DNA of 64,000 nucleotides from Adineta vaga (Eukaryota > Animalia > Rotifera), in the NCBI GenBank assembly GCA_021613535.1, contig CP075497.1:372001-436000 (forward strand). Reading direction: 5' to 3'. The notes beneath the pieces are model-generated. The model did not search any database. It saw only the letters and a program-made list of their open reading frames with translations, and was not told the origin of the DNA. Within the stretch, counting starts at the first letter, position 1. Every line of letters starts with the position of its first letter. The translations under genes were made by a program, and so were the position numbers. Below are positions 12,189 to 24,218 of this stretch, in pieces.

Positions 12189-13955
12189 CTAAATAGTTGA
12201 ATTGATTTTCGTATTTCTCGGAATAAAATTTGTTTGAAAATCAGTGAGATCACTTATTTGATAAATTCGCCAATCATTTGAATATTGAAATTCATTAATA
12301 ACATCATTTGAATTCTGATCTATTTCGATAATTCTTGAATGATTAGCATCAGTTAGAATAATATTTCCATTTTGAATTTGTGTTGCATCTTGAAGCCAAT
12401 TAATATCTTCTAAAATCATATTTTGAATAATTTGAAAATCTTTATTTAAAAAAAGAAGTTCATTTTGTTTTGTATTACATAACATCCATTCAATTTCATT
12501 TTTTATCATTGATTTATATCGTTTAATTCCATGTGGACAATGAAGTCCTGAAAGTAAAACTTCAGATTTACCATTTTTTCGATTAATTTTTATTAATAAA
12601 CCTTGATGAAATAATGTAGCTAGAAAATAATCCGAATCAAGTATAATAGCTGAATTAATATGTGTTGTTTGATAAAGTGTTGGATAAATATAATGATGAT
12701 GATGAAAATCTCTTTGAACAAATCGTTTTTCACCTTTGGGTGTTAAGTTATATCCATGTTCAGTTGCATACCAATCATTTATTGTGTCACCATTAAAATT
12801 GATTTGTATAATTGCATCAATACCAGTACTGGTTATCAGAATACTTTCATTTTCTGCACGTTGAAGACTGTGTAAACAATTGAATGATGAATTTTCTATA
12901 CGTCTTATTTCTTTTCGACTGATTAAATTAATAATACTTATATAATGTAAACGATTATTTGCGATATATAAAATATTATTTTCGATAAAAAATCCTGCTG
13001 GAGCATCGAGATCTAATTCATAAACAATTTCGTTCGTATTCCAATTTATAATGATGAATTTTCCACCTAATGATGGTTCAAATCCTTCTTGATTTGTTTG
13101 AAGATCATTGATTCCTTTTCCCGTACCAGTAAATTTGTCGTTTTTGTTCGTGTTCTTTTTCCAATGATTTCTTAGTACATGAAATTGATCAGTAAGAAAA
13201 CTCACCGCAATATAAGTATGAAGATTATTTTTTCGTTTTAACTCATCGAATATGTCAGAAATATCATTTGAAAATTTCTCTTCATTTGGATATAATGTAT
13301 TCAACATGAATTGTATATATTTAGATATTCTTAGCTTTTGTTCAGATGTTAATTCTTCATGAATTTGATTGATCGAATGATGATAAGGTAATGAAGGAAT
13401 TTCTAAGATTTTTAAAATTTTCCCATACTGATTTAATAGGAAAGAACTTATAAATTGATACAATATAGTTTCATATTCATTGATTAATACATGTGTTATG
13501 TTAAAATATATAATATTATTTAATAGAAAAAGGATTGACATTAAATCTGATGCTCGAAATATGTTGACGACTTCTTCAATATTAACTAAACGAGATAAGT
13601 GAAAAAGACTTTTCTGATAATCTTTTGTGTAATATATATTATCAGATTTCATTATATCACCAATATCAAATTGATTGAAAAACTCATAGTATAATTGCAT
13701 TTGATCGTCATGTATTGATAAATCATTATTTAAATCATTGAAATAACCATGTACAGATGAAATGATTACCGATGTCTTATGGAATTTATTTAATTTATTC
13801 AGTATCAATAAATAAGGTAAGTGACCTAGATGAAGAGATTTATCAGTGCCAATACACCATAATACATTCGACTCTTCTGATTCTATGGGAAATTGAAGTT
13901 TGATTTTATTAAATTTTTCTTCGAAATTTATTTCACAATGATCAGAATTATCCAT
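12189..13955 (-). CDS. Intronless fusion: degenerate class Ic (TyrRS-like) Rossmann domain plus C-terminal beta-propeller
   Basis: 588-aa ORF; SLHLGH (HIGH motif), IISSVHGYFND, YTKDYQKSLFHL resemble archaeal/eukaryotic TyrRS; C-half has propeller-like blades (LHSLQ, THINSA, LHCPHGI, TDANHSRIIEID). Confidence 0.7.
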   Translation of the reverse strand: MDNSDHCEINFEEKFNKIKLQFPIESEESNVLWCIGTDKSLHLGHLPYLLILNKLNKFHKTSVIISSVHGYFNDLNNDLSIHDDQMQLYYEFFNQFDIGDIMKSDNIYYTKDYQKSLFHLSRLVNIEEVVNIFRASDLMSILFLLNNIIYFNITHVLINEYETILYQFISSFLLNQYGKILKILEIPSLPYHHSINQIHEELTSEQKLRISKYIQFMLNTLYPNEEKFSNDISDIFDELKRKNNLHTYIAVSFLTDQFHVLRNHWKKNTNKNDKFTGTGKGINDLQTNQEGFEPSLGGKFIIINWNTNEIVYELDLDAPAGFFIENNILYIANNRLHYISIINLISRKEIRRIENSSFNCLHSLQRAENESILITSTGIDAIIQINFNGDTINDWYATEHGYNLTPKGEKRFVQRDFHHHHYIYPTLYQTTHINSAIILDSDYFLATLFHQGLLIKINRKNGKSEVLLSGLHCPHGIKRYKSMIKNEIEWMLCNTKQNELLFLNKDFQIIQNMILEDINWLQDATQIQNGNIILTDANHSRIIEIDQNSNDVINEFQYSNDWRIYQISDLTDFQTNFIPRNTKINSTI

Positions 13956-14411
13956 TTAGGTTACTAAATATTGCGAGATTTTTTTAGGCAATATGAAGTC
14001 TATGAGAATCTAAGAGAGTACGAATACAATAGAGAAAACAAATATTCACATCTCTCAGCTTAAAATCATTCTTACTTGCATTTGAATAACATTTTATTTC
14101 AGAAAAGAAAGAATAGAGAAAAATTACCTTGGTAACTTCCAACTTCAAATATAACAAAATGTTTTTGTGTATTTTCTTTAAGAAAAATTCGTTGTTTTTT
14201 CTTTCTTCTCAGATGCATCGAAAAGAAGGGGATGAAACCTTCATTTCTCATACATTTCTTGTAGAAGGAGTTGAAATTATTAGAGTGTGGATGCAAGCAT
14301 AAAACATAATTATAGTATTTCTATCAACATCTATAATCGAAAAATAATTTTGATCTCTTCAATTTTTTTAGTGATATAATTCTTGTGTAATTTAGATATT
14401 CGTATATCGTT

Positions 14412-15662
14412 ATGTATTCTACTAGAAATTGCGATAGATGTAATCAATCAAATAAACAACGTAAAAGTAGTGTTATATGTTCTGGATGTCAAATTAGTTT
14501 TTGCAAGGAACATCATGAAGAACATCGAAAATCAATCAATAAAGATTTTGAAGATTTAATTCAACAGCATAATATTATAAGACAAGAACTATTCAATGGA
14601 AATAATGATGAATCTACTTCAATGCCGAACCTTTTGAAAAAAATCGATGATTGGGAAAAACAAATGATTACAAACATCAAAGCAACCGCTGCATCAAATA
14701 AAAGACGCATTACACAGATGATGAATGAGGAGAAGGATGAATTAAAAGATAAATTCAAATTAATAGCAACTGAACTGAAAACAAATCAATCAGATAATGA
14801 TTATGTAGAGCCAGATATTCAAAATTGGCAGAAACAGATAAATGAATGTAAACAAAAATTAGAACAGTTGCAGAAAGGAAATAATAATTTTATTGAAGTT
14901 GATATTAAGCCTCTAGATTGGAAAAATATCTTTACCATCTGTAAGAGGAGAGAAGTAAAAGTAATGACCAGAGTTCGTGAGGAGAAATCAACCGTACCGT
15001 TAACAAACCAGAGACGGGGTGCGATGCGAAACTACGAAATACCAATCGTTGTCGGTTCAAGATCGAACTTGAATGAAACCGAGAATTCAGATTATGATGC
15101 AAATGTTTGTTTTCATGGGGATTGTGATGTGTTACTGGCAAGCGGAATGACTAAACTGGTAAAAGATATTCGTAAAGGTGATCTTCTTGCAACTCCCACT
15201 GGATTAAAAGCTTCTGTTAATTATGTAGTCAAATCTTTGAGTACAAATACAAATGCTCTCATGGTTCGTTTTGACAACGGTTTAGTTATTACACCATGGC
15301 ATCCGATACGAATCAATAGTATTTGGAAATTTCCGAATGATATCGAGAAATTAAGTATAGTTGAATGTAAAGAAGTATACAATTTTGTTCTTGATAGTGG
15401 TCATATTGTATTTATTAATGGTATACAATGCGTCACATTAGCACATGGTTTTAAAGGAGATGTAATTGAACATCCATATTATGGAACTGAGAAAGTTCTA
15501 AAAGATCTTCTCGCTTTACCTATAGCCAAGGATGGTTTAATTGAAATCTTACCTAACTCAACTGTTCGAGATAGCGAAACAGGCCTTGTCATGGGAATAT
15601 CTCAAAGTATCAAAAGACCTTCTTGGAAACAACATTCTCATTTGGATATTTTCGTACAGTGA
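14412..15662 (+). CDS. B-box-like zinc finger, coiled coil and Vint-type Hint domain
   Basis: CSGCQISFCKEHHEEH; heptad region; CFHGDCDVLL, ITPWHPI, VYNFVLDSGH...CVTLAHG, HPYYGT. Confidence 0.85.
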   Translation: MYSTRNCDRCNQSNKQRKSSVICSGCQISFCKEHHEEHRKSINKDFEDLIQQHNIIRQELFNGNNDESTSMPNLLKKIDDWEKQMITNIKATAASNKRRITQMMNEEKDELKDKFKLIATELKTNQSDNDYVEPDIQNWQKQINECKQKLEQLQKGNNNFIEVDIKPLDWKNIFTICKRREVKVMTRVREEKSTVPLTNQRRGAMRNYEIPIVVGSRSNLNETENSDYDANVCFHGDCDVLLASGMTKLVKDIRKGDLLATPTGLKASVNYVVKSLSTNTNALMVRFDNGLVITPWHPIRINSIWKFPNDIEKLSIVECKEVYNFVLDSGHIVFINGIQCVTLAHGFKGDVIEHPYYGTEKVLKDLLALPIAKDGLIEILPNSTVRDSETGLVMGISQSIKRPSWKQHSHLDIFVQ

Positions 15663-16031
15663 ACATTCTTAATTTTATTCGGAATAAAGTTTTGAATACA
15701 TTGATTTCTATTTTTCTTTTATCTATATATTGTCTTTTTGTTATATCGTTTCCTAATAACATTTGTGTAACACTTGACTTATTTCATTATAAAAGGAATT
15801 AATTGATCGAAACTACGAATGTGAGAATAAAACATTTGCCTTACACCAATATTCCTAGATCAGTATATAGTTTTTATTTCTATATACTTCTTTTGCTTCG
15901 GTTTTCATGAAGAAGGACACGAGAAATAAAACTTATTTGTATTGTTTTTCTCCTTCTATGGAGTAATAAGTTTGAGACTATTCATCTTTTATCAGCTCTT
16001 CAAAGAACTCAATCTACTTTTTCTCGTACAA

Positions 16032-16084
16032 ATCTTGAGGGTGTGGGCGTACGTGTCGGATAGATATAGTACCCACACCCTCAA
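16032..16084. repeat. Telomere-like palindromic linker S5 (family B, inverted)
   Basis: ATCTTGAGGGTGTGGGCGTAC-GTGTCGGATAGATATAGTAC-CCACACCCTCAA. Confidence 0.9.
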
Positions 16085-16341
16085 TTCAGTTGAATAAAAG
16101 TTAAACTAAATCATAATAATATATGAATGAATAAATAATCGCAAAACATTATCTATGGCTCATCAGTATGAGAATATCATAGATCAATGTTTTATTATGA
16201 AAGAAAAATTAGAAAATCATATGAACGTGATAATAAAATACGCACGTATTTCTATTTCCTCTTTCATCACTGCACACAATGATGTCAATGATATTTTATG
16301 GTAGTAAAGAATATTAATTGTATGAAGAAGATACTAAAGAG

Positions 16342-19300
16342 ATGTTAACAATCGTAATAACTACTTTGGCATCAGTTTTTACCTTAATATATGGACACGT
16401 TTTACTTTACGATACTGAAAATATTCAATCAATGGAGAAATTTGATTGTGTGTATCATACATATAATCCTGGAGAAGAAATTTCATATTGTCGTCGTTTA
16501 AATGAAGCTCGAAAAGTCAATAGAAATAAAAAAGAGTGTGAAAATCAAGGAGTGAAATTATTATTTCTTGATTTACTTCATGAAAATATTAATCCCAGTG
16601 ATGTTCTTCATTGGAGTTCCAGCGTAGAGATGGCTGATATGTATGCTCGATTTTTTCTTAATCGATCTTTAATTGAACATGATGACAATCAATTTCTATG
16701 TAATTGTACACAACCGGGAACATTTGGCAAATATTGTGAATATCAATTGACTCATCAAACAACATTATTCAGTGAAGCAATATACAATCAATTTACTCAA
16801 AAACGAAACGGTGATTCTTGGAATACTCAACGATATGGACAAATTCTCTGTTATGAAACTCTACCGTGTAATACAAGTAATCTTTGTCTCGATTGGCGTG
16901 AGATATGTGATGGTGTTCAGAGATGTGTTAGTGGGATTGATGAAGAAAATTGGGATAAATTAGAATTTAATGAATGTGAAGAAGATGAATTTCGATGTAC
17001 AAATGGAATGTGTATTTCAGAAAAATTTTGGCTTAATGGTGAGTATTCTAAAATAATACTTGAATATGACTGGTGATAATATTCATTTGTTTAGGCGACT
17101 ATGATTGTATGGATTGGAGTGATGAGATCTTTCAAGGAGGTGGAACATCATGTTCTTTTGAGCCAAACACAATTCAATGTGATGAACATGTGTGTCCACC
17201 AAACACGTATTCATGTGGTGATGAACAATGTGTGGCTTGGTCAGATCGAATGGCATTCCAACGTTCAAAACAAAGATTTGTCGAGTGTTTCAACAAGCGT
17301 AATTTGAACTATATGTGTGAAGTAAGTCTACGACAACCAGCATGGACACTTCAAAATGGATTATGTTGGCCAGATCCAAGTCACAATGATCTTCGATATC
17401 CTCCATGGAATCAAATGAATTTTACACGATTAACAAGTAATGAAAAATGTGAATATTTACTTCGATGTTTTTTATCAAATGGTTTTGAACGTGATTGTTC
17501 TTGCAACAATCAAAACTGTTCACTAATGATGAGAAATGAATGTCCACGAAGTGATCGTCTCGTTCTTTATCCACCAATAGGTTTAATTGATGCAAATATG
17601 GCATTTTTTTATAGCTTCACTCGATCTATTACAGATTTAACTGTGGAATTGGTCGCACTTGGTGGAAATCTGAAATGTCGTGGATGCCATTTGATCACTG
17701 AAAATTATTTTTCGATAAGCTATTCATATGTCATAGTTATGTATCCACGAATAAATTATTTTCTTTGTAATTCATATGCATCTCAAGTAAGTTATAAAGA
17801 TGTTTTATCACCTTTTCAATATGATAAATTTTGTTGGAATGAATCATTAACATTTAATGGTCGCCCATATGCTGTTTTTCCTGATGCATGTCCATATAAA
17901 CAAGAATGCATTTCACAATATCGAATTCGAGATGGTTTTAATGATTGTTTCAATAATCTGGACGAATTATCGACTTTTGAACACGATTATTGTAATGGAA
18001 ATATTAAACTATATCGTTTTCACTGCTTTAATAATGAACATTATTGCCTTCCATTGGTATGGTTAGGTACGGGAATTTCTCAATGTTCAAATAGTTACGA
18101 TGAAAAATGGTATGGTGTTAGCCAATTTGACCTGAAAAGTATTAAATGTTTTCAAAACCACATTGACGATTGTCAACGCATCAAAGAATATATTGAAGCA
18201 TCGTCGAAAATATATTCAGAAAATAAGACATCACAACAATATGCGTTAGGTGTCGATAAAATATCATTTCAATCATATTGTGATAGTGTTTGGGACTCAA
18301 GCGATCACACCGATGAAATATTTTCTAATTGTGTACATTGGGTATGTCCAAAGGATCAGTATCAATGTAAAACAGGACAGTGTATTTATCTCGAATGGGT
18401 ATGTGATGGAGAATGGGATTGTTCCGATGCATCTGATGAGGAAGGATACATACTCAATAAAGAGTGGTCAACTCATAATATACATCTACCCGATTTAAAC
18501 AAACGAATAAATGAATGTCGAACACGGTATAATGAAACACCATTTTCTAAAATATGTTCTACTACTTTTCAATTCGGTTGTTACCTATCTAAAGTATCAA
18601 GTCCATTAAATATTCAACAAAATCCTCCATGTATAAATATTACTCAAATTGGTGATGGTATTGAAGATTGTTTCAATGCTTATGATGAAAAGAATACTTT
18701 TTCTGTAGATTCAGATTTAGATAATATGTGGGGTTTCAATTTTCGTTGTGGAAATCTTACTAAACTTTACACACAAGTTTGCAATTCGGATTTGAAAAAT
18801 AATTGTACAGAGATTGTTTGCTCTAATCATCGTGATCAAGATGGATTCTGTTCTAATCCTCGAGATGTCATTTGTCTTATAAGTAATAAATGTGAAAAAA
18901 ATGCAAGATGTGATGGTAAACCACAATGTTTACATGGAGAAGATGAATATTGGTGTCCTTCGAATTCATCTATTGATGGAATTTTCTATAGAGGCTTAAA
19001 AAGAGCGACAATTTATGACGTTCGTAAAAAAACTAGTTTTATCTCACGATATCCACTCTTACCTCCACAACCAGTTATTCAACGGTGAAATAGAAACAAA
19101 ATTAATCATCGTATTTCATTGTCAACGTCTACTCTTACTCAACATTCTTTTCAATGTAATCGTGGTGTAGCTGTTTTTGAAGATAATAATATCATTTGTT
19201 TCTGTCCACCAGCTTATTATGGTCGTTGGTGTGAATTTTTCAGTGATCGTATTAGTTTTATTGTAAATATCGATCGAAAAACATTTCCTCAAATCTTATC

Positions 19301-21613
19301 TAAAACAACTCTCAAAGTAAGAAGTACACTTCTATTTAATAAGATGATAATTGATGCTCATGAATTACTATTATTTCTCAAATGGAGAATCTCAATACGA
19401 TAAAACGTAAATTTTATCTTCTCTATTCACGATCAAAACAAATGCTTATACATAAACGACGACGTTATTTTAATCAAAGTGATGTGAATAAAAATCATCC
19501 GTATTCAGTACATTTTGATATATTTGTTCTTGAAAAGAATAATTTTATTAAAGAAATTGGTTCTTGGCATTATCCAATATATTTTGATTATCTACCAGCT
19601 TTTCGTTTAGCTCTTGTATTACAAATTCCATCATGGTTTCAAAACATTACATTAGATCCTTGTTCACAAGTAAACTGTGGTAGAAATGCTTTATGTATGC
19701 CAATTTTTAATCAAAATTATTCTTACTATTGTTCATGTAAACATGGTTATTACGGAAAAAAATGTATGTTATATGAATCTAATTGTGATCAATATTGTTC
19801 AAAAGATTCATTTTGTCGAATTGATGATAATGGTTTGAATTTAATTCGTTCAAATCTTTCTTGTATTTGTCCATTGGATCGTTTTGGACCACGGTGTAAT
19901 TTAATCTACGATATTTGTGTATCAAAACCATGCTCTAATAATGGTGATTGTTTTCCTACATATGATTGAAGTGGAGAAATGTCTTACATATGCAATTGTT
20001 TAAAGCAATTCTATGGAAATCATTGTGAGAAAAGAAAAGCATTTGTTAATATTACACTGAACATTACAACAACATCGTCTGTTCTTGCAACAGTTATTCA
20101 ACTTTATGATATTGAAACATATTCTTTTCGACTTCTTCTTCAACATGCACAGGTGTATCATAGGTTACCATTAACAATAACTTATGATCATTCTGATTTT
20201 TATGCACCTTATCTAGGAATTCTCAAACTTTATCATGAAGATCTAGCACATCCACAATATTTTATCATGTACGTTTTACACCGAATAGTAATCACTATCA
20301 CTGAATCTCCAAAACATTGTCCAAACATTCTGTCATCATTATCCGAAAGTAAGTTTTAATTATGTATTGAAAAATTTTACTTAATTTCAATGGTTCGCTT
20401 TGTAGTTGCAAATCATTCTGAACTAATGATTTTTGGATATCATCATATTTGTCAAAAGTATCCCAATCTATTTTGTTTCCATGATGATCATTATCTATGT
20501 ATATGTGAATCAGATAATTATCGTGTCGAATGTTATAATTACGATCCTAACATTGATCATTGTGATGTTTGTCTTGCAGGTGGAAAATGTATTCACGGTA
20601 ATCAAATAGATTCCAATGATTTTCTTTGTCTTTGTCCTTCATGTTATCAAGGACATCGTTGTGAATTCAGTCTTCAGCCATTCGGTTTCACATTCGATTC
20701 ACTTGTTATTATATTTCCTTACAAAATTAAAGTCGTTTATTTCATTTTTGTCATTTTTATTTTTATTATTGGATTCTTTAATAATTTTTGTTCTCTCGTA
20801 ACATTTCAAAGACCTACTCCTCGAAAATTTACCGTCGGCAACTATTTGTTTGTAGTTACATGTCTAAATCAGATCGCTTTACTTTTTCTACTCATCAAAA
20901 TTATTCAAATAACTTTCAACATAACGGATATTATGTCTTGTAAAATAATTTCTTATCTTTCATCTGTCTCTACGCGTTTGACTTATTGGTTGACTAGTTG
21001 GATAACCATTGATCGTCTTCTCATTATTGTTTATCCAACTTCAATTGTTGTTAAAAATCCTAATCGAGCTATTGTTATAAGTGCGACTACGATGATCGTT
21101 CTTCTTGGTATGCATGTGCATGAAATAATCTATTATACAACTATTGAACATCTTTCCACCGATTCATCTGCTATGTGCGTGACAAATTTCAACTCATCTA
21201 CAATCTCAACTTACAATCGAATCGCTACTCTTACTCATTATCTCTTGCCATTTGTCATTCAAGTTATATCTATTACTTTTTTAATCATACTCGTTGCTCG
21301 TAGTCGAGCAAAGACAACCGGACAAGCAACGAGTTTTATCCAAGTATTCAAGAAACAGTTTCAAACACAAAAGGAACTCTATATTACACCGGTAATCATT
21401 GTTCTATCTGCTTTACCACAAATAATTCTTACTTTTACATTTGCATGTACTCAATTAACCGATTGGCAACAATATATTTTAATAGGAGCTTATTTATTAT
21501 CATATGCACCGCATATGCTTGGTTTTATTCTTTACGTTTTACCATCGACCGTTTACAAGAAAGAATTCAATAAAACATTATTCGGAAAAAGATTTTTTTC
21601 AAAAAATAACTAA
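16342..21613 (+). pseudogene. LDLa/EGF-repeat rhodopsin-class GPCR, disrupted
   Basis: Signal peptide, LDLa (CDGEWDCSDASDE) and EGF repeats, 7TM with IDR motif; introns about 17039-17094 and 20349-20405; in-frame TGA at 19086 and 19967; frameshift near 19367. Confidence 0.85.
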
Positions 21614-22265
21614 TGAAAAGAATAGCAAAGCGATCAAAATTCTAACGATAATCGAATAACAGAAATAACACTGATAACTTTTGTTGAATAAAGAATGATT
21701 TAAACTTTGTTTATTCGAAAATTTGAGTATAGTTAAAACAACGAAATGATCAACAAGAAAAAATTGTAGATCGTCATACTATAAGAAAATTGAAAGATGA
21801 CATTTTTAAAAGGATTTAAATGCATTTTTTTAATATTCTTTTTAAAATAATATATATTTTAAATGGTTGAAATGGATTATTTTATTTTCTATTTTTTTAT
21901 CTATATAGATGTAAGTATACACTGAAAGTATATCAAGATTTTGAATATTTCATACTGCAACTTTCCTTCAATCTGGAGAATATGCTGGTTAATATTCATT
22001 TAGTTTTACATTGTGTGATCGTTCTAATTTTCAAGAGTTGGAAGTTTCATTCGAAAATTTCGATGAGTCATTACTATATAGAAGAACAACGCATATTTGT
22101 TGGTAAAGTTTCTGAAGAAAAAAACTTCATTTCTTTTACGTAGAGAATATTTACTCATATAAAAGCGTCGCTTATAAATGTGTATGAAAACAGGACATAA
22201 AATCAATCAACTATACTTTATCGTTACATTTTACGCACTTTTTCTAAGTCAGCATCTATATAATA

Positions 22266-23656
22266 ATGGCGTCTCATGTTAAGCTTATATGGCTCGATAA
22301 TAATCTCGATTTGCATGTAAAAGCCCGTCTTACAGATGTAGAACCTAATTTGAGTGTTTTTCTCGATAGTGAGACTTGTATCGACCATATTTTCTCGACA
22401 TTATCAGAATCCGACAATGTATTTCTGATAGTTTCGGGCATACTTGGTCAACAAATAGCACCAATAATTGACGCTCTATCACAACTACATGCTATTTATG
22501 TCTTCTGTTATGACACAAGCAAACATATGTTATGGGCAGCACAATATAATAAAATTGGAGCCAACCGAGTCTTGAAACACGAGAACGATTTGATCACCCA
22601 GCTTACAGCTGATATAAAGAAAGCAGTAAACAAGGTAAGTTTCTGCCAACTAAAATATAAAACTCACATATCCCATGTAAATTAAAAAAACTTGATGTAA
22701 CCAATTGCTAAAGGAGAAGTATTCATTTCATCAGTTTACCCGAAACCATCAATTCTAAATATAATAAGTAATAAGTCAATAAAGTTTTGTTATCGAATTT
22801 ATTCAAAACATGTTGTTACGACTGTAGCATGACATACGATTAGTATCATTATTGATACTTATAAAAAGGAATGAAATTCTATGCCAATGAATACTTGCAA
22901 GCAGATTTGAGAAACGATGTATATTATAGAAATATTTTCTATATAGGAAAATTCATAGAAAACAATTCATGATGAAATGGAAAGTATCGAACGAGAGGAA
23001 ACGATATCATTTAGTGTATTTGCTGCAAACTCGGAAAACATGACTACACGTGATTTGTCAAAAGAAAAGTTATGTTTACGTGGCTTCAAGTTTTCATACA
23101 CATTTTGATTCATATGCCTCAACTAGAAATAGAAGCACGTAAAGAATTGATTGATGTATGTCATCAAGAATACAAAAACGATCAAAAAGAACTGCAATTC
23201 ATCGAAGAGTTTCGTTCTCAATATGTCCCTGACAAAGCAATTCATTGGTACACACGAAATACATTTCTGTTTCGGTTGCTCAATCAAGCATTAAGAACAC
23301 AAAATATTGATATTATTTTCAAGTTGCGATTAATTATTGTTGATATTTATAAGGAACTCAATCAATTGTTTCAATCGAATATTCATAATCCGTCTATTAT
23401 TCATGTGTATCGTTGTCAACCAATGATACTTGTTGAGAAGTTAGAAAGATTACGTAACAATTTGAACGGACTAATTTCAATAAATAGTTTCTTGTCAACA
23501 TCAACTAATAAGAACATTGCAAATCGGTTTGTGAAAAAAATGAGTTTAAAACCAGGAGAAACAGTTGGTGTATTGTTTGAAATGACAATTGATGCACGAA
23601 TTGCTAAAACAGCAGATACACCATTTGCCGACATCAAAGCATTCAGTGCTTATCAA
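22266..23656 (+). pseudogene. Receiver-like plus ADP-ribosyltransferase (R-S-E type) gene, truncated at linker S6
   Basis: LIWLD N-terminus, WYT..FLFRLLNQALR, VYR, FLSTS, PFADI; ends before the ExE motif; apparent frameshift near 23070; intron after about 22634. Confidence 0.8.
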
Positions 23657-23853
23657 CGTGTGGGTGTGGATGGAGTGGTTATGGGCGCGTCTGTGGGTGT
23701 GAGTATCCGCTGAGAGAAGAGATGTCCACACCCGCACCGACCCTCAAGATGGACATCTCTCAGGTACACTCACCCACATTCACACCCACACCCAGATCAT
23801 CAATACCCTCACCCATATCCATCCACCGAGAAAGCTACCACCCACTCTCATAC
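23657..23853. repeat. Compound telomere-like palindromic linker S6 (family D)
   Basis: G-rich arm 23657-23704, spacer GAGAGAAGAGATGT, CCACACCC...CCCTCAAGATGG, followed by further C-rich tracts. Confidence 0.9.
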
Positions 23854-24218
23854 TTACGAACAGTAAACTATCGAAGCATTTTTAACGACGTCATAAATCT
23901 TTGAAGACCATCTTATCGAAGTTAGAAATTCTTTGATTTATTGTTGTGTTCTTTTTACTGTGATAATGCACATGATTTTATTGTGCTTCAAGAGCACAAA
24001 AGTGACAACCCTATGAAAATGTATAGTCATGTTAGGTTATCAGTTAAAAGTGCTTGGAGATTTCCAAGCTCCATGTCATTCTGCTTGAGCTAAAAAATTG
24101 TATGCAGGAGATAGTATGCTTGTGCTCTCATAACACTTAGTAGTAACTGCAGAAACCATCCTGTCAATTAGTTACCCGTTTTGATAGCAACATCACCGAT
24201 AGTCTCTCAAATTAGAGG

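Noticed and set aside
19086-19969. TGA readthrough, selenocysteine or alternative genetic code in the GPCR
   Set aside because: A frameshift lies between the two TGAs, and other genes here use TGA as a normal stop.
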